Assembly (NCBI GenBank): GCA_964566955.1
Contig: CAZMKQ010000002.1
Location: 8,171 to 72,170, forward strand
Reading direction: 5' to 3'
Source of the DNA: an uncultured Caldilineaceae bacterium
GTDB lineage: Bacteria; Chloroflexota; Anaerolineae; Caldilineales; Caldilineaceae
DNA: 64,000 nt
The translations under genes were made by a program, and so were the position numbers. The notes beneath the pieces were generated by a model that saw only the letters and a list, made by a program, of their open reading frames with translations, ran no database searches and was not told the origin of the DNA. Within the stretch, counting starts at the first letter, position 1, and every line of letters starts with the position of its first letter. Shown here piece after piece: positions 17,500 through 27,161 of the stretch.

Positions 17500-18378
17500 T
17501 TAATCCCACTCTGTCCAAATGGCCTCTCCAAGCTGTCGGGCCAGGGCCCTGTAGGCATTGCGCATGAGCATAACGGTGGTAAGGGGCCCAATGCCCCCCG
17601 GTACCGGAGTCAACCAGCCGGCCTTGGCACCCACTGAATCCGGATCGCAATCTCCCAGCACCGTCTTACCGATGTATGTGGTCCCGATGTCAAGGACCAC
17701 GGCACCTTTCTTTACATAATTTCCGGTGATGAGATCGGGCTTGCCTACGGCCACGCACAGGATGTCTGCGCCCGTGGTGAGGGATGCCAAGTTCCTGGTG
17801 TGCTTGTGGGCAATGGTTACCGTGCAGCGCCGGTTGAGCAGGCGCATGGCCAAGGGTTTTCCGACAATCGCACTGTGGCCCACAACCACCGCCTGCTGAC
17901 CGCTCAACTCAAGGTCCAGGCTGTCCAGCAGGGCCATTGCGGCAGCCGGGGTGGGGGGTGTGAAGAAAATGCCGGTATCGGCGAGCAGGTGGCCCATGTT
18001 GCCGGGCGACACGCCCTCCAAATCCTTCGAAGGTGCAATTCGCCATTGCAGCATGGTCTGATTCAGATGGGTCGGCACGGGTGTCAGCAAGATGATGCCG
18101 GTAATCTCCGCAGCGAGGTTCAGCCGGTCGATGGCCTCCATGGCGTCTGCCATCCGGCAGTCTCCCGGTAGTCGCACAAGTTGATAGCCGATGCCCGTGT
18201 TGCCGCTGGCCCTGCTTAGGGCACGCGCATAGTTCAGGGCACCTTGATCGTCCCCCACCATCACGGCCGCGATGGTGGCCGCGTGGCCGGTGCGTTCCTC
18301 GAATTCGCGCACATCCTGCGCGGTCCGGCGTCGGAGCCTCCGGGCCAACGCGCGGCCTGTGAGCGGTTTGGCGGTCAC
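17500..18378 (-). CDS. folD: Bifunctional methylenetetrahydrofolate dehydrogenase / methenyl-THF cyclohydrolase
   Basis: Contains 'AAVMVGDD..ALNYAR', 'PVPTHLN', 'DLEGVSPGNMGHL', 'VVVGHSAIVGKPLAMRLL' and 'VPGGIGPLTTVML'. GTG 18378 overlaps the upstream stop (GTGA), so I prefer it to the listed 18450 start. Confidence 0.9.
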   Translation of the reverse strand: MTAKPLTGRALARRLRRRTAQDVREFEERTGHAATIAAVMVGDDQGALNYARALSRASGNTGIGYQLVRLPGDCRMADAMEAIDRLNLAAEITGIILLTPVPTHLNQTMLQWRIAPSKDLEGVSPGNMGHLLADTGIFFTPPTPAAAMALLDSLDLELSGQQAVVVGHSAIVGKPLAMRLLNRRCTVTIAHKHTRNLASLTTGADILCVAVGKPDLITGNYVKKGAVVLDIGTTYIGKTVLGDCDPDSVGAKAGWLTPVPGGIGPLTTVMLMRNAYRALARQLGEAIWTEWD

Positions 18379-19061
18379 CGGGACTGATCCATTCGTTCGG
18401 TGCAACGGTCCAGGATGCGGTTGCTGACCCCGACCGCGTCCTTGATGCATGCCGCGATATCGGCTGCCAGGGTTTGGCCCTCCGCACCAGGCGTGGCCAT
18501 GCGCAGGTTGACGTGCACATTGACGTTGCTGCTGTGAACGGCTGCCAGTAGCAGATGGGTGCCTACCATCACGTCGGACAGCACCGTCCTGTTGCCGCGG
18601 TTTGCCACTTCCCAGGAGGCGTCGAGCACTCCCCGGCAGGTGTCCGCGACCTGAAGGGGCACGGTGGCCGCCGCGTGCAGGGCCTGGTCAAGTTCCATGC
18701 GTCGGACTGCCTGTGTGGATGGATCGGGCGCCGGCAGCTTCAGGCAGCGGTCCACTTCGGCATACGCGGCCGCGTCCTGGTCGGCCAGGTTCAGCAGTGC
18801 CAGCCGGTTGGCCTCCAGCCGCTGCTGGATCGGTTTCAGGATTCCTTCGTGGCGCTGAAACCGTCTGCGGCCCACGGTCAGATTCAGGACCATGCACAGC
18901 AGGGCTGTGCCATGGGCGCCGGTCACGGCGGCGGCGGTTCCGCCGCCCGGAACGGGTTCGCGGGACGCGAGGGCGTCCAGGAACGCGGAGGTGGGGATGG
19001 ACTGAAATGAATTCAAGGATACGGACAGGGGTCGGCGGGACGCGCGATTATAGGTTGCCAA
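18375..19061 (-). CDS. fchA: Cyclodeaminase/cyclohydrolase family protein (FTCD C-terminal / FchA-like methenyl-THF cyclohydrolase)
   Basis: 'FLDALASREPVPGGGTAAAVTGAHGTALLCMVLNLTVG' is the characteristic FTCD_C motif. The gene is translationally coupled to folD. The start is non-ATG (TTG 19061) and uncertain. Confidence 0.8.
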   Translation of the reverse strand: MATYNRASRRPLSVSLNSFQSIPTSAFLDALASREPVPGGGTAAAVTGAHGTALLCMVLNLTVGRRRFQRHEGILKPIQQRLEANRLALLNLADQDAAAYAEVDRCLKLPAPDPSTQAVRRMELDQALHAAATVPLQVADTCRGVLDASWEVANRGNRTVLSDVMVGTHLLLAAVHSSNVNVHVNLRMATPGAEGQTLAADIAACIKDAVGVSNRILDRCTERMDQSR

Positions 19062-19240
19062 CAGGCCTCAGTCTCATATCCGGTATCCCCGGCGGTTGGT
19101 TCCGCGGGTTCGGTTCGGTGGTCTGTGTATGTGTTCCGTTAAGGTTCGCTGACGGCCGGTTTTCCGGCGAATCCCTGTGCTAGACTCGCCATTCCAAGGC
19201 AGAAACCGCCTGCCTGGCGCAGAAGGTAGACAGTCCCCAG

Positions 19241-19825
19241 ATGGATGACGAACGGGTAGACAACCACTCGGATCAGGAAGAGGTTCTGTATGAATCGGAC
19301 GAGATCAGGAATCTGGGAGACCCCGAAGTGTCGGAGGGGGAGGCGGATCACCTGAAGGATCTGCCGGTCATCCCCCTTCAGGGTCTGGTTGTGTATCCGT
19401 ACATGTGGATACCCCTGACCATGGGGCAGCCCCGCAGCCTGCGCATCATCCGCGACAACATGCCCACCCAGCGCCATGTGGTGCTGGTGGCCTCCCGGTC
19501 CGACGACCAGGAACCCGGCCCGGACGAAATTTCCGGTGTTGGCGTGGTCGCCGTCATCCACAAGGTGATGCGGGCGCCGGACGGTGTCCTGCGCGTGCTG
19601 GTACGGGCCTTGGACCGGGTCAGAGTTACTGTCTGGAGCCAGTTGGATCCGTATCTGCGGGCGGAGGTGGAAGCCCAGCCGGAAACGGTTGAGGAAGGGG
19701 AGGAAATGACCGCGCTGGTGCGGCTGCTGCGCACCCGCTACCGGGAATACTCGACCGCCAGACTCCCAGCGAAGTGGCCGAGATGGCCTTGGACACCCGT
19801 TCCCCCTTGCAGTTCACCTATTTGA
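19241..19825 (+). pseudogene. lon: Lon protease, N-terminal (LON substrate-binding domain) fragment; the reading frame breaks near 19745-19755
   Basis: 'LPVIPLQGLVVYPYMWIPLTMGQPRS...VGVVAVIHKVMRAPDG.LRVLVRALDRVRV' is the Lon N-domain. After '...LLRTRYREY' the translation becomes non-Lon sequence. Confidence 0.8.
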
Positions 19826-21810
19826 TTGCCGGCAGCCTGCCCATGGACGTGGAGCAGAGCATGCAGATCCTCGGCGAGGACAGCACAGCGGCGAAGATGC
19901 GCATCGTGCTGGGCATCCTGGACCAGGAAATCAAGATCATGGAGCTGGGACAGCAGATCCAGTCCCAGGCCCAGGGCGAGATGGAACGCTCCCAAAGGGA
20001 GTTCTTCCTGCGCGAACAAATGAAGGTCATCAACAAGGAACTCGGCGACGAAGATGACCAGATGGTGGACATCAAGGAGCTGGAGGCCAGCATCGCCGAG
20101 GCGAACATGCCGCCCACGGCCACGGAGGAGGCCACGCGCGAGTTGAACCGGCTGCGGCGGGTGCCGATTCAGGCGGCCGAATACTCTGTGATCAAGTCGT
20201 ACATCGAAACCCTGGTCGGCAGCTCGTCCGACAGCCTGGATCTGCGCAGGGCCCGCCGCGTCCTCAACGAGGACCACTACGGCCTGACGGACATCAAGAG
20301 CCGCATCCTCGAGTATCTGGCGGTGCGCAAGCTGCGCCAGACCCGGCGGACCGAACAGCACGAGGAAGTGAACCTGTGGGACAAGATCCGCAGGGAGCGC
20401 GAAGGGGTGGTCCTGTGCTTTGTGGGGCCGCCCGGCGTGGGCAAGACCAGTCTGGGCATCAGCATCGCCCGTGCCATGAAGCGGGAATTCGTGCGCCTGG
20501 CGCTGGGCGGCGTGCGCGACGAGGCCGAAATCAGGGGTTTCCGGCGCACCTATGTGGGGGCCATGCCGGGGCGCATCATCCAGAACCTGCGGCGGTGCGG
20601 AACCAACAATCCCGTCTTCATGCTGGACGAGGTGGACAAGCTGGGTTCGGACTTCCGCGGCGATCCCAGCAGCGCCCTGCTGGAAGTGCTGGATCCCGAG
20701 CAGAACCGGGAATTCAACGACCACTACCTGGACGTGCCGTTCGATCTGAGCAACGTGATGTTCATCACGACCGCCAACATGGTGGAGGCCATTCCGCCGG
20801 CCCTGGCCGATCGGATGGAAATCATCCAGTTGAGCAGCTACACGGAGGAGGAGAAGGTCAAGATCGCGCAGAACTACCTGCTGCCGCGCCAGGTGCGGGA
20901 GAACGGCCTGCACGAGGACGAAATCGGCTTCACGAAAGGCGCCCTGCAAACCATCGTGCGCGGCTATACCAACGAAGCCGGGGTCCGCGAATTGGAGCGC
21001 AACATTGCCAAGCTCTGTCGCAAGACCGCCACGGACATTGCCACCGGTTCCGGCTCAGGGATTGCGCGGATCCGCAAGAACCAGGTGATGGAGCATTTGG
21101 GCAAGCCCAAATACCACAGCGAGCAGCTCTCGCACCGCACCGACATGCCGGGCGTGGCCACGGGTCTGGCCTGGACCATGACCGGCGGAGACGTGCTGTT
21201 CATCGAGTCCATCATCATGCCCGGCGAGCAGGCCTTCCAGATTACGGGCCAGCTGGGTGACGTCATGCGGGAGAGTGGCCAGGCCGCCCTGAGCTTCATC
21301 CGTTCCCGTGCCCGCGATCTGGGCATCGAACCGGGCATGTTCTCCAACCACTCCATTCACGTCCACATTCCGGCGGGTTCCATTCCCAAGGACGGGCCGA
21401 GTGCCGGCATTACGATGGCCACGTCGCTGGCATCGCTCTTGACCCGGCGGCCGGTGCGCAAACAGGTTGGCATGACGGGGGAAATCACCCTGCGCGGCAA
21501 GGTGTTGCCCGTGGGCGGCATCAAGGAAAAGGTCCTGGCCGCAGAACGACTGGGCCTGACCACCATCCTGCTGCCCCGGCGCAACGAAGCGGACCTGTCC
21601 GACATCCCGGACGCCATTCGCCGCAAGCTGCAGTTCATCCTGGTGGACGATGTCGACCAGGTGCTCGAAGCGGCCCTGGAGCCCAACGTGGATACGGTCT
21701 GGGTAAGCAGGGCCAAGCGCGATCCGCAGTCGGAGCCGCGGCCCCTGCCGCTGGACCTGCCGTTGAAGCTGCCCAAGGTGACTTCCAGGGATCCGCAGCC
21801 CAGGGTGTAG
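19774..21810 (+). pseudogene. lon: Lon protease, remainder (coiled-coil, AAA+ ATPase and S16 protease domains) in a different frame
   Basis: This frame is open from 19693 and reads '..[29 protein letters not shown]', continuing the Lon N-domain. Walker A is 'GPPGVGKTS', the protease motif is '[15 protein letters not shown]', and '[10 protein letters not shown]' follows. Confidence 0.85.
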
Positions 21811-22266
21811 GCCAGGACCACCGCGTGCCGCGTTGCAGGCACGGCTCGAATGGGATGCCGTTGCCTCGGTGGGGAGCAGAATCAGCCAATGATGGTCCAG
21901 TCCGGCCGCGGATGCCGAGAGCCGAGAAGGCAGCGGCCTTGCGCGGTGGCTGATCCGTCGGCACGACCGAGCACTTTCGGAACCAAGGTGGGTACGGGCC
22001 CAAGGGCTGTTGGGGCGCCGCGGTCGGATTAATGAGCTGCCGCCGCGGTGGCGGTTTGGGATCGGGGAGTTGGCCGGATCGTCGGGATTCTGAGCGACGG
22101 ACCTCGTCTGTCCGTCGCGCCATGCCCTTGGTCGGCACCTGTTGACCGGCTCTCCCGGAAGCAGCAGGGAGGCCACTTTCCGGACGGGGAAGTGATGGGC
22201 ATTCCGCTTGGTGGCGGTTGCCGGCTGTTCTGGTGATGAGGGCCCGGTGGCCCCGGAACTCCCGAG

Positions 22267-23722
22267 TTACTTGGTGAAGGATCTGAAAGCCGGCTGTTCG
22301 CCCGGGACTGGGGAGTTGGTGAACGCTCCGCGTGCCAGTACCGCCGCCCGTCCCCCGGCAGCGGCCACGCGGGCAACTTGGTCGGCATGGGCTTCGTCGT
22401 TGACGGCGTCCGGGTCCAGCAGCGCGCGCAACTCTTCGGCGAATCCTCGTATCCTGGCCGCATGTTCGGGGAGACCGGCAAGGTTGGTTAGTTCGAAAGG
22501 ATCTTCAAGCATGTCGTACAGCATCGGGCTGCGGCCTGTGAAGTGCACGTACTTGTACCTGCGGTTCCGCAACAGGTACCAGGCATCCTCCGTGCCGACC
22601 GTGTGGTATTCGCTGAAGACGGTGCGGTCGCCGGCCTCGTCCGCCAAGGTGCCAAACAACGATTGGCCGGGCAGATCCCGGTCCTCCGGCTGTTCCGCGA
22701 CGCCCGTGGCCTCCAGTACGGTCTGGAAGCAGTCCACCAGGCTGACGGGCACATCGCAGGTGCGCCCGGCCGGAATTTCCGGCCCCGCCATGATGAGAGG
22801 CACGGCGCAGGTTTCGTCATGAGGGCTGAACTTTCCAAACAACCCGCGCGCACCGTGGCTTTCCCCATGGTCGCTGCTGTACAGGACCCGGGTGTTTGCG
22901 GCCAGGCCCAGATCGGTTAGGGCATCCAGTACTTGGCCGATCTGGGCATCCAGGAAGGTGCACACGCCGTAATAGGCGGCCATCATGCGCCGCATTTCGG
23001 CTTCCGTCACATCCTCGAGGGCAAAGAACTGCCGCATCCAGGCCAGGGCCGGATGGGCGCTGCCCGCATGCTCGGGGGGCAGTGTCAGGTTGTCGGGATC
23101 GTACAGCTCGAAATACTCGGGCGGGGCGATGTACGGCGGGTGGGGACAGACATAGGATAGGAACAGGGCCCACGGGGCCTCGTCCGCCGCTGCGCGCGCC
23201 TGTAGCCACGCCTTGGCGTTGGCGGTGTTGCGCCGGTCGTACTCAAGATACGTCGAGTTGCCCGGACCGGCCTCGCGCACCCCGCGCCAGGCCTGGCGGC
23301 GCGGCGGATCCCGTCGTACGGAGGCCAGGATGTCCCCCTGCCCGTCGACGATGTGCAACGGTTCGATTTCGCGGCTGAAGCCGTTGTCGTCCTGCGCACC
23401 CCTGAAATGAAGTTTGCCGATGGAGTCGACTTGGTGGCCGGCGTCGCGCAGTCGGTGGTGCCAACTGGGTACCGAACCCGTGTACGGCATCGAGTTGTCC
23501 CAGGTCCGAAGCTCGTGGACATGGCGGCCCGTGGCCAGTGAGGCCCGTGCCGGCACGCAGATGGGACAGGGCGTATAGGCTGCACTGAAGCGCGTTCCGG
23601 CCGCAGCCAGGTTGTCCAGGTGGGGGGTGTGGACCTCCGGGCTCCCGGCGCTGCCCATGGCCCTGGGATTGTGTTGGTCCGAGAGGATGAACAGCAGATT
23701 GGCCGGTCTTACCTTGTCCACA
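22267..23722 (-). CDS. Sulfatase (alkaline-phosphatase superfamily, formylglycine-type)
   Basis: 'NLLFILSDQHN' and 'TPCPICVPARASLATG' (C-x-P-x-R) are present. The GTG 23722 start overlaps the upstream UbiA gene by 14 nt. The listed 613-aa ORF is over-extended into that gene. Confidence 0.85.
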
Positions 23723-24620
23723 TCGGCACCCCGTATATGACTGTGACGGTGGCTGCCAGATAACCCAGCAGGGACAGCAGCAGTGGTTTGCAGAGAAAGG
23801 GCAGGAGTTCGGGTTGTTCGCCGGCGTGATGGCGCAGAACCTGCCACAGGTATAGCGCTATTATCAGGCCGGCGAAGGGGATCGTGATCCCCATGGACCA
23901 ACCGGGGGCCGTGCGCGACGAGGCTGCGAGTGCATACAGGGTGTAGGCTCCGGCCAGGACGGTGGCGGATACCCAAACGACCGCGCCTGTCGAGCGCAGC
24001 GTTACATTGCGCAGTCCCGGCCTGAATTGGACGGCGACTCCGCCGTGGGAGCCGAGTTCCGAGTGGCGCTTGCCCGCGGCCAGCAACAGGGCGGTGATGC
24101 CGGTGCACGCCAGGAGCCAGGGACTGGTGTGGCCGATGTCGTTCCCGGCGCCGGCCAGGACCCGCAGCGGAAAACCGAGGGCGATGATGATGATGTCAAG
24201 ACCCGGAAGTTGCCTCAGACCTGCCGAATACAGGACGTTGACCAACAGAAAGGTTGCCACCCACAAGGTGGTGAACCCGCCGGCCACGGACGAGATGGCG
24301 AGACTGGTTGCGGCCAGCAGGGCGGCGAAGATGCGGGCGGCCCGAATCGATAGGGAACCGGCGGCCACCGGCCGGCGGCGTTTGCGGGGGTGCAGCCGAT
24401 CCAGTTCGACATCCTGCGCATCGTTGAATGCGTAGGCGGCACTCGAGGCCAGGCAAAACGAGATTGCCGCCACCACACCGGAGGTCAGTTCACCGGGCTC
24501 CAGCAGCGAGCCGGCAAAAAACGGGACGGCCAATACGAACAGGTTTTTGGTCCACTGCTGGGGCCGCACCAGGCGCAGCCATGGCAGGATCCGGTTCGCC
24601 GCGGTCCCGACGGCCGACAC
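23709..24620 (-). CDS. UbiA-family prenyltransferase, decaprenyl-phosphate phosphoribosyltransferase-like
   Basis: 303 aa and multi-TM. Contains 'RPQQWTKNLFVLAVPFF', 'AYAFNDAQDVELDRLHPRKRRRPVAAG' (NDxxD) and 'GKRHSEL'. Confidence 0.85.
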   Translation of the reverse strand: MSAVGTAANRILPWLRLVRPQQWTKNLFVLAVPFFAGSLLEPGELTSGVVAAISFCLASSAAYAFNDAQDVELDRLHPRKRRRPVAAGSLSIRAARIFAALLAATSLAISSVAGGFTTLWVATFLLVNVLYSAGLRQLPGLDIIIIALGFPLRVLAGAGNDIGHTSPWLLACTGITALLLAAGKRHSELGSHGGVAVQFRPGLRNVTLRSTGAVVWVSATVLAGAYTLYALAASSRTAPGWSMGITIPFAGLIIALYLWQVLRHHAGEQPELLPFLCKPLLLSLLGYLAATVTVIYGVPMWTR

Positions 24621-24623
24621 GGT

Positions 24624-25793
24624 TTAGGAACCGGCGTCGGCGGACACCGACGGGGCATGCAACGGCTGCACGGAAACGCCAAAGAAGTCGGACAACGCGG
24701 CTCGGATGGCCGTTCGGTCCGGGATCAGGACCCACATGCCTTCTTCGGAGATGGCCTCTTCGCCAAGGTGTCGATCCAGGATGAGCCTGCGCCCCGTTTG
24801 GGGCGTGTTGGCCGCGCCCTGCTGGGCCAGCTGCAGCAGCTGGGCGACGTTCATGTCGGTGCCGAAGTTGCCCCGCAGTGTGCGGATAATTTCGGGCGCG
24901 GCCGCCAGCAGCGCGGCGGCATTGTTGGGATCGGAGAGCTTGCGGAGCACTGCGCTGATGACGGCCTGCTGCCGGCCGATTCGGCCATAGTCGCCGTCCT
25001 GGGTGCGCGTGCGGGCGTACTTGAGGGTGGTCACGCCGTCAAGGTGCTGGGAACCGGCTGCCAGCTCAAAGGTTTCGACCCCGTAGTCGGGCGTCGGGTA
25101 CTTCTCATCGTAAATGGCCCACGGGACATAAATGTCGATTCCGCCCAAGAGGTCGATGATGCGGACAAACCCGTCGAAGTTGACCCAGGCGTAGTGGTCG
25201 ATGGGTTGATTCAGGAATGCGGACAAGGTGTCGGCCAGGAGGCGTTCGCCGCCGCCGGTGGAAGGCACGGTTTCGCCGAGCGAGTAGACCAGATTGATTT
25301 TGGTCGGGGGAAACCCGGGTACCGGAACCCACAAGTCGCGGGGAATGGAAAGGATGTCAAGCGCGTTGGACTCCTGGTTCCAGCTCAGGAGCATCAGCGT
25401 GTCCGTACGTGGCGCGGACGGGTCTTGCACGCGGGTGTCGAAGCCGAACAACAGGATGTTCAGGCGATCTTCACGCTGTACGGTGGTGAAGACCGGTTCC
25501 CGGTCAAGGAGTTGCGGCATTGCCGCAACCTCCGGCGGCGGCGAATTGTCGGCGGCCGCGGCCGCCGGCGCGACTTCGTCGGAGGCGTCTCCGGACGGTT
25601 CCGGTACGTGAATTGTGACCGTGGTCGCGTTCACGGCTTCCTCATAGGCCATGTTGAACACGAGCCTGCTGACAATGTAGACGCAGATGGCCAGGACCGC
25701 ACCCAATGCGGCGATGGTACCGCTCCAGACCAGTCGCCTGGGTTGGGACAACCGGCCAGGAGGCCCGGTAACGGCGTCGGTCGACATGTCCAT
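24624..25793 (-). CDS. LytR-CpsA-Psr (LCP) family cell-envelope glycopolymer ligase
   Basis: An N-terminal TM segment is followed by 'LNILLFGFDTR....RTDTLMLLSW', 'ILSIPRDLWV' and 'DHYAWVNFDGFVRIIDLLGGIDI'. Confidence 0.85.
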   Translation of the reverse strand: MDMSTDAVTGPPGRLSQPRRLVWSGTIAALGAVLAICVYIVSRLVFNMAYEEAVNATTVTIHVPEPSGDASDEVAPAAAAADNSPPPEVAAMPQLLDREPVFTTVQREDRLNILLFGFDTRVQDPSAPRTDTLMLLSWNQESNALDILSIPRDLWVPVPGFPPTKINLVYSLGETVPSTGGGERLLADTLSAFLNQPIDHYAWVNFDGFVRIIDLLGGIDIYVPWAIYDEKYPTPDYGVETFELAAGSQHLDGVTTLKYARTRTQDGDYGRIGRQQAVISAVLRKLSDPNNAAALLAAAPEIIRTLRGNFGTDMNVAQLLQLAQQGAANTPQTGRRLILDRHLGEEAISEEGMWVLIPDRTAIRAALSDFFGVSVQPLHAPSVSADAGS

Positions 25794-26044
25794 GACAAAC
25801 GGTGGGACTCAGCCTGGAGCGCGGGAAAACCCGGATGTGCAAGCGCCGCCTGACAATCCTGGGAATCGGCGGGGGCAGGGACTGGCCAACAAGTGGGCAA
25901 ACCGGCCCGTGACCTGTCGGTACAAGGTCGGGTCGGCGGATTGAGGGTAGCTAGGAAGCGTTGGACAGTGGACGGGACGGGAGCGGGAGGCGGACACGCT
26001 GCACACTAATGTTATCAGTTTCAAGAACCATAAGAGGTCCCTGG

Positions 26045-26585
26045 TTATGCGTTCTTGGCCGTCAGCTCCGTGTGCGGTCCTGCAAGCTCGAGGCCGGGAG
26101 GAGCCATCCCATCCGTGATCCCGGTTCGCATCTGAAACCGCCACTGGCCTTCTCCTTGGGGTGTGTACAGCGTAATCTCATCGCCGTATAGGCGCGGCCA
26201 TGTCACTCCGGCACCGTTTAGGACCTGGATTTGAACGCCGTCAGGTGGGGCATGGGATGTCCCACCGTGCCATTGCTTGCGCATTTGGCGGTGCAGGTAG
26301 GGATCCTCGTCCCAGCGGTTCCGTTTGAGCAGGGAGTACAGGTGGTGACGTTCGGCAACAGTGCCGCGGGTTTTGTTCCAGTTGGCCTTCTTGACGGGGA
26401 CCTTGGCCCCTTCCCGACAGGTGTGGATGTCGGGGCAGTCTGCAGCGTTGTGGACAGGTCACTGCATCGCTGCCACCCGTCGGCACGGGCGCGGGCGGCT
26501 CCTCGATGTGAACCAAGCGCCCGTACTTGGCCTTGTGCAGACCTTGGCTGCGCAGGTTGCGCGTGGCCTTCGCGGCCTTGGCCAT
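26045..26585 (-). pseudogene. Unclassified frameshifted ORF remnant adjacent to the IS607-like tnpA remnant
   Basis: 'MAKAAKATRNLRSQGLHKAKYGRLVHIEEPP...' in one frame continues as '..CPDIHTCREGAKVPVKKANWNKTRGTVAERHHLYSLLKRNRWDEDPYLHRQMRKQW...VQIQVLNGAGVTWPRLYGDEITLYTPQGEGQWRF' in another frame. Local GC is lower at 25.98-26.05 kb. Confidence 0.3.
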
Positions 26586-26625
26586 GGGGCCGCATCCTTG
26601 ATCTGCCTGTGGCCGGACAGCAGGT

Positions 26626-27090
26626 CCGACAGGCGAACGCGTCCACGATTGCTGTCAGGTCCTCGATCATCTCAGCCTGCGGCGACAGGCTTTCCTGGCT
26701 GACAACGGCGAGGGTGCAGCCATGCCCGCCGCGCAAAGTGCGCAAACCAATCGAATCCGAAGCGGGACAGACGGTGTCTGTGGACGAGCAGAAGGTGCGC
26801 AACCTCCCGCTGCTCAATGCACTCCGTCAGATCCAAGAATAGTCTGTGAGGTCGGCCCGTTGGCCACGACTTGACACACGGCAACAGACCCCGGTCAAGC
26901 CTGCTGCCACCTCTTCGCCCATACCCGAGAAACTTCGGGCGCCGGCCTCGGTGTCCTACCGCCGGCCGGTGACCGTCTACTTGGCCGGGAAGGTCCCGGC
27001 GCGGTCCATGACGCGCAGTTGATGGGCGCTGCGGTCCCCACGGACTCCGAACTGGATGATGCGGTACGGCTTGTCAATGGGATAGGGCAT
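26626..27090 (-). pseudogene. IS607-family serine recombinase (TnpA) remnant, frameshifted and with in-frame stops
   Basis: Pieces in three minus-strand frames read '..RIIQFGVRGDRSAHQL..', 'LDLTECIEQREVAHLLLVHRHRLSRFGFDWFAHFA' and 'GCTLAVVSQESLSPQAEMIEDLTAIVDAFACR'. This is the resolvase C-terminal pattern (DRL.RFGF...G..v.v......e..veDl..Iv..F..R). Confidence 0.5.
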
Positions 27091-27161
27091 ACAAACGGAA
27101 CCATCATGAAATGCGGAACTGATCCAAGCAGCGGCATTGCCTGCAATGGGTGCCGGTCTGC

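Noticed and set aside
19062-19240. ZTP (pfl-motif) riboswitch in the fchA-folD leader. The minus strand has ACCAACCGCCGGGGAU, resembling the 3' CCGCCUGGGC pseudoknot motif, plus ACGGAAC/GCGAAC elements. The genomic context (one-carbon folate genes) fits.
   Set aside because: I could not build P1/P2 or a 5-bp GGCGG/CCGCC pseudoknot at a sensible spacing. The only GGCGG lies about 30 nt from the divergent lon start codon. It is worth a cmsearch with RF01750, but it is not supported by hand.
21811-22266. The 456-nt convergent gap between lon and the sulfatase gene, as a possible small RNA or gene
   Set aside because: I found only a weak hairpin (cgtgcc-gcgttgca-ggcacg, about 21825-21844). There is no ORF with a ribosome-binding site and no recognisable RNA motif, so there is nothing I can support.
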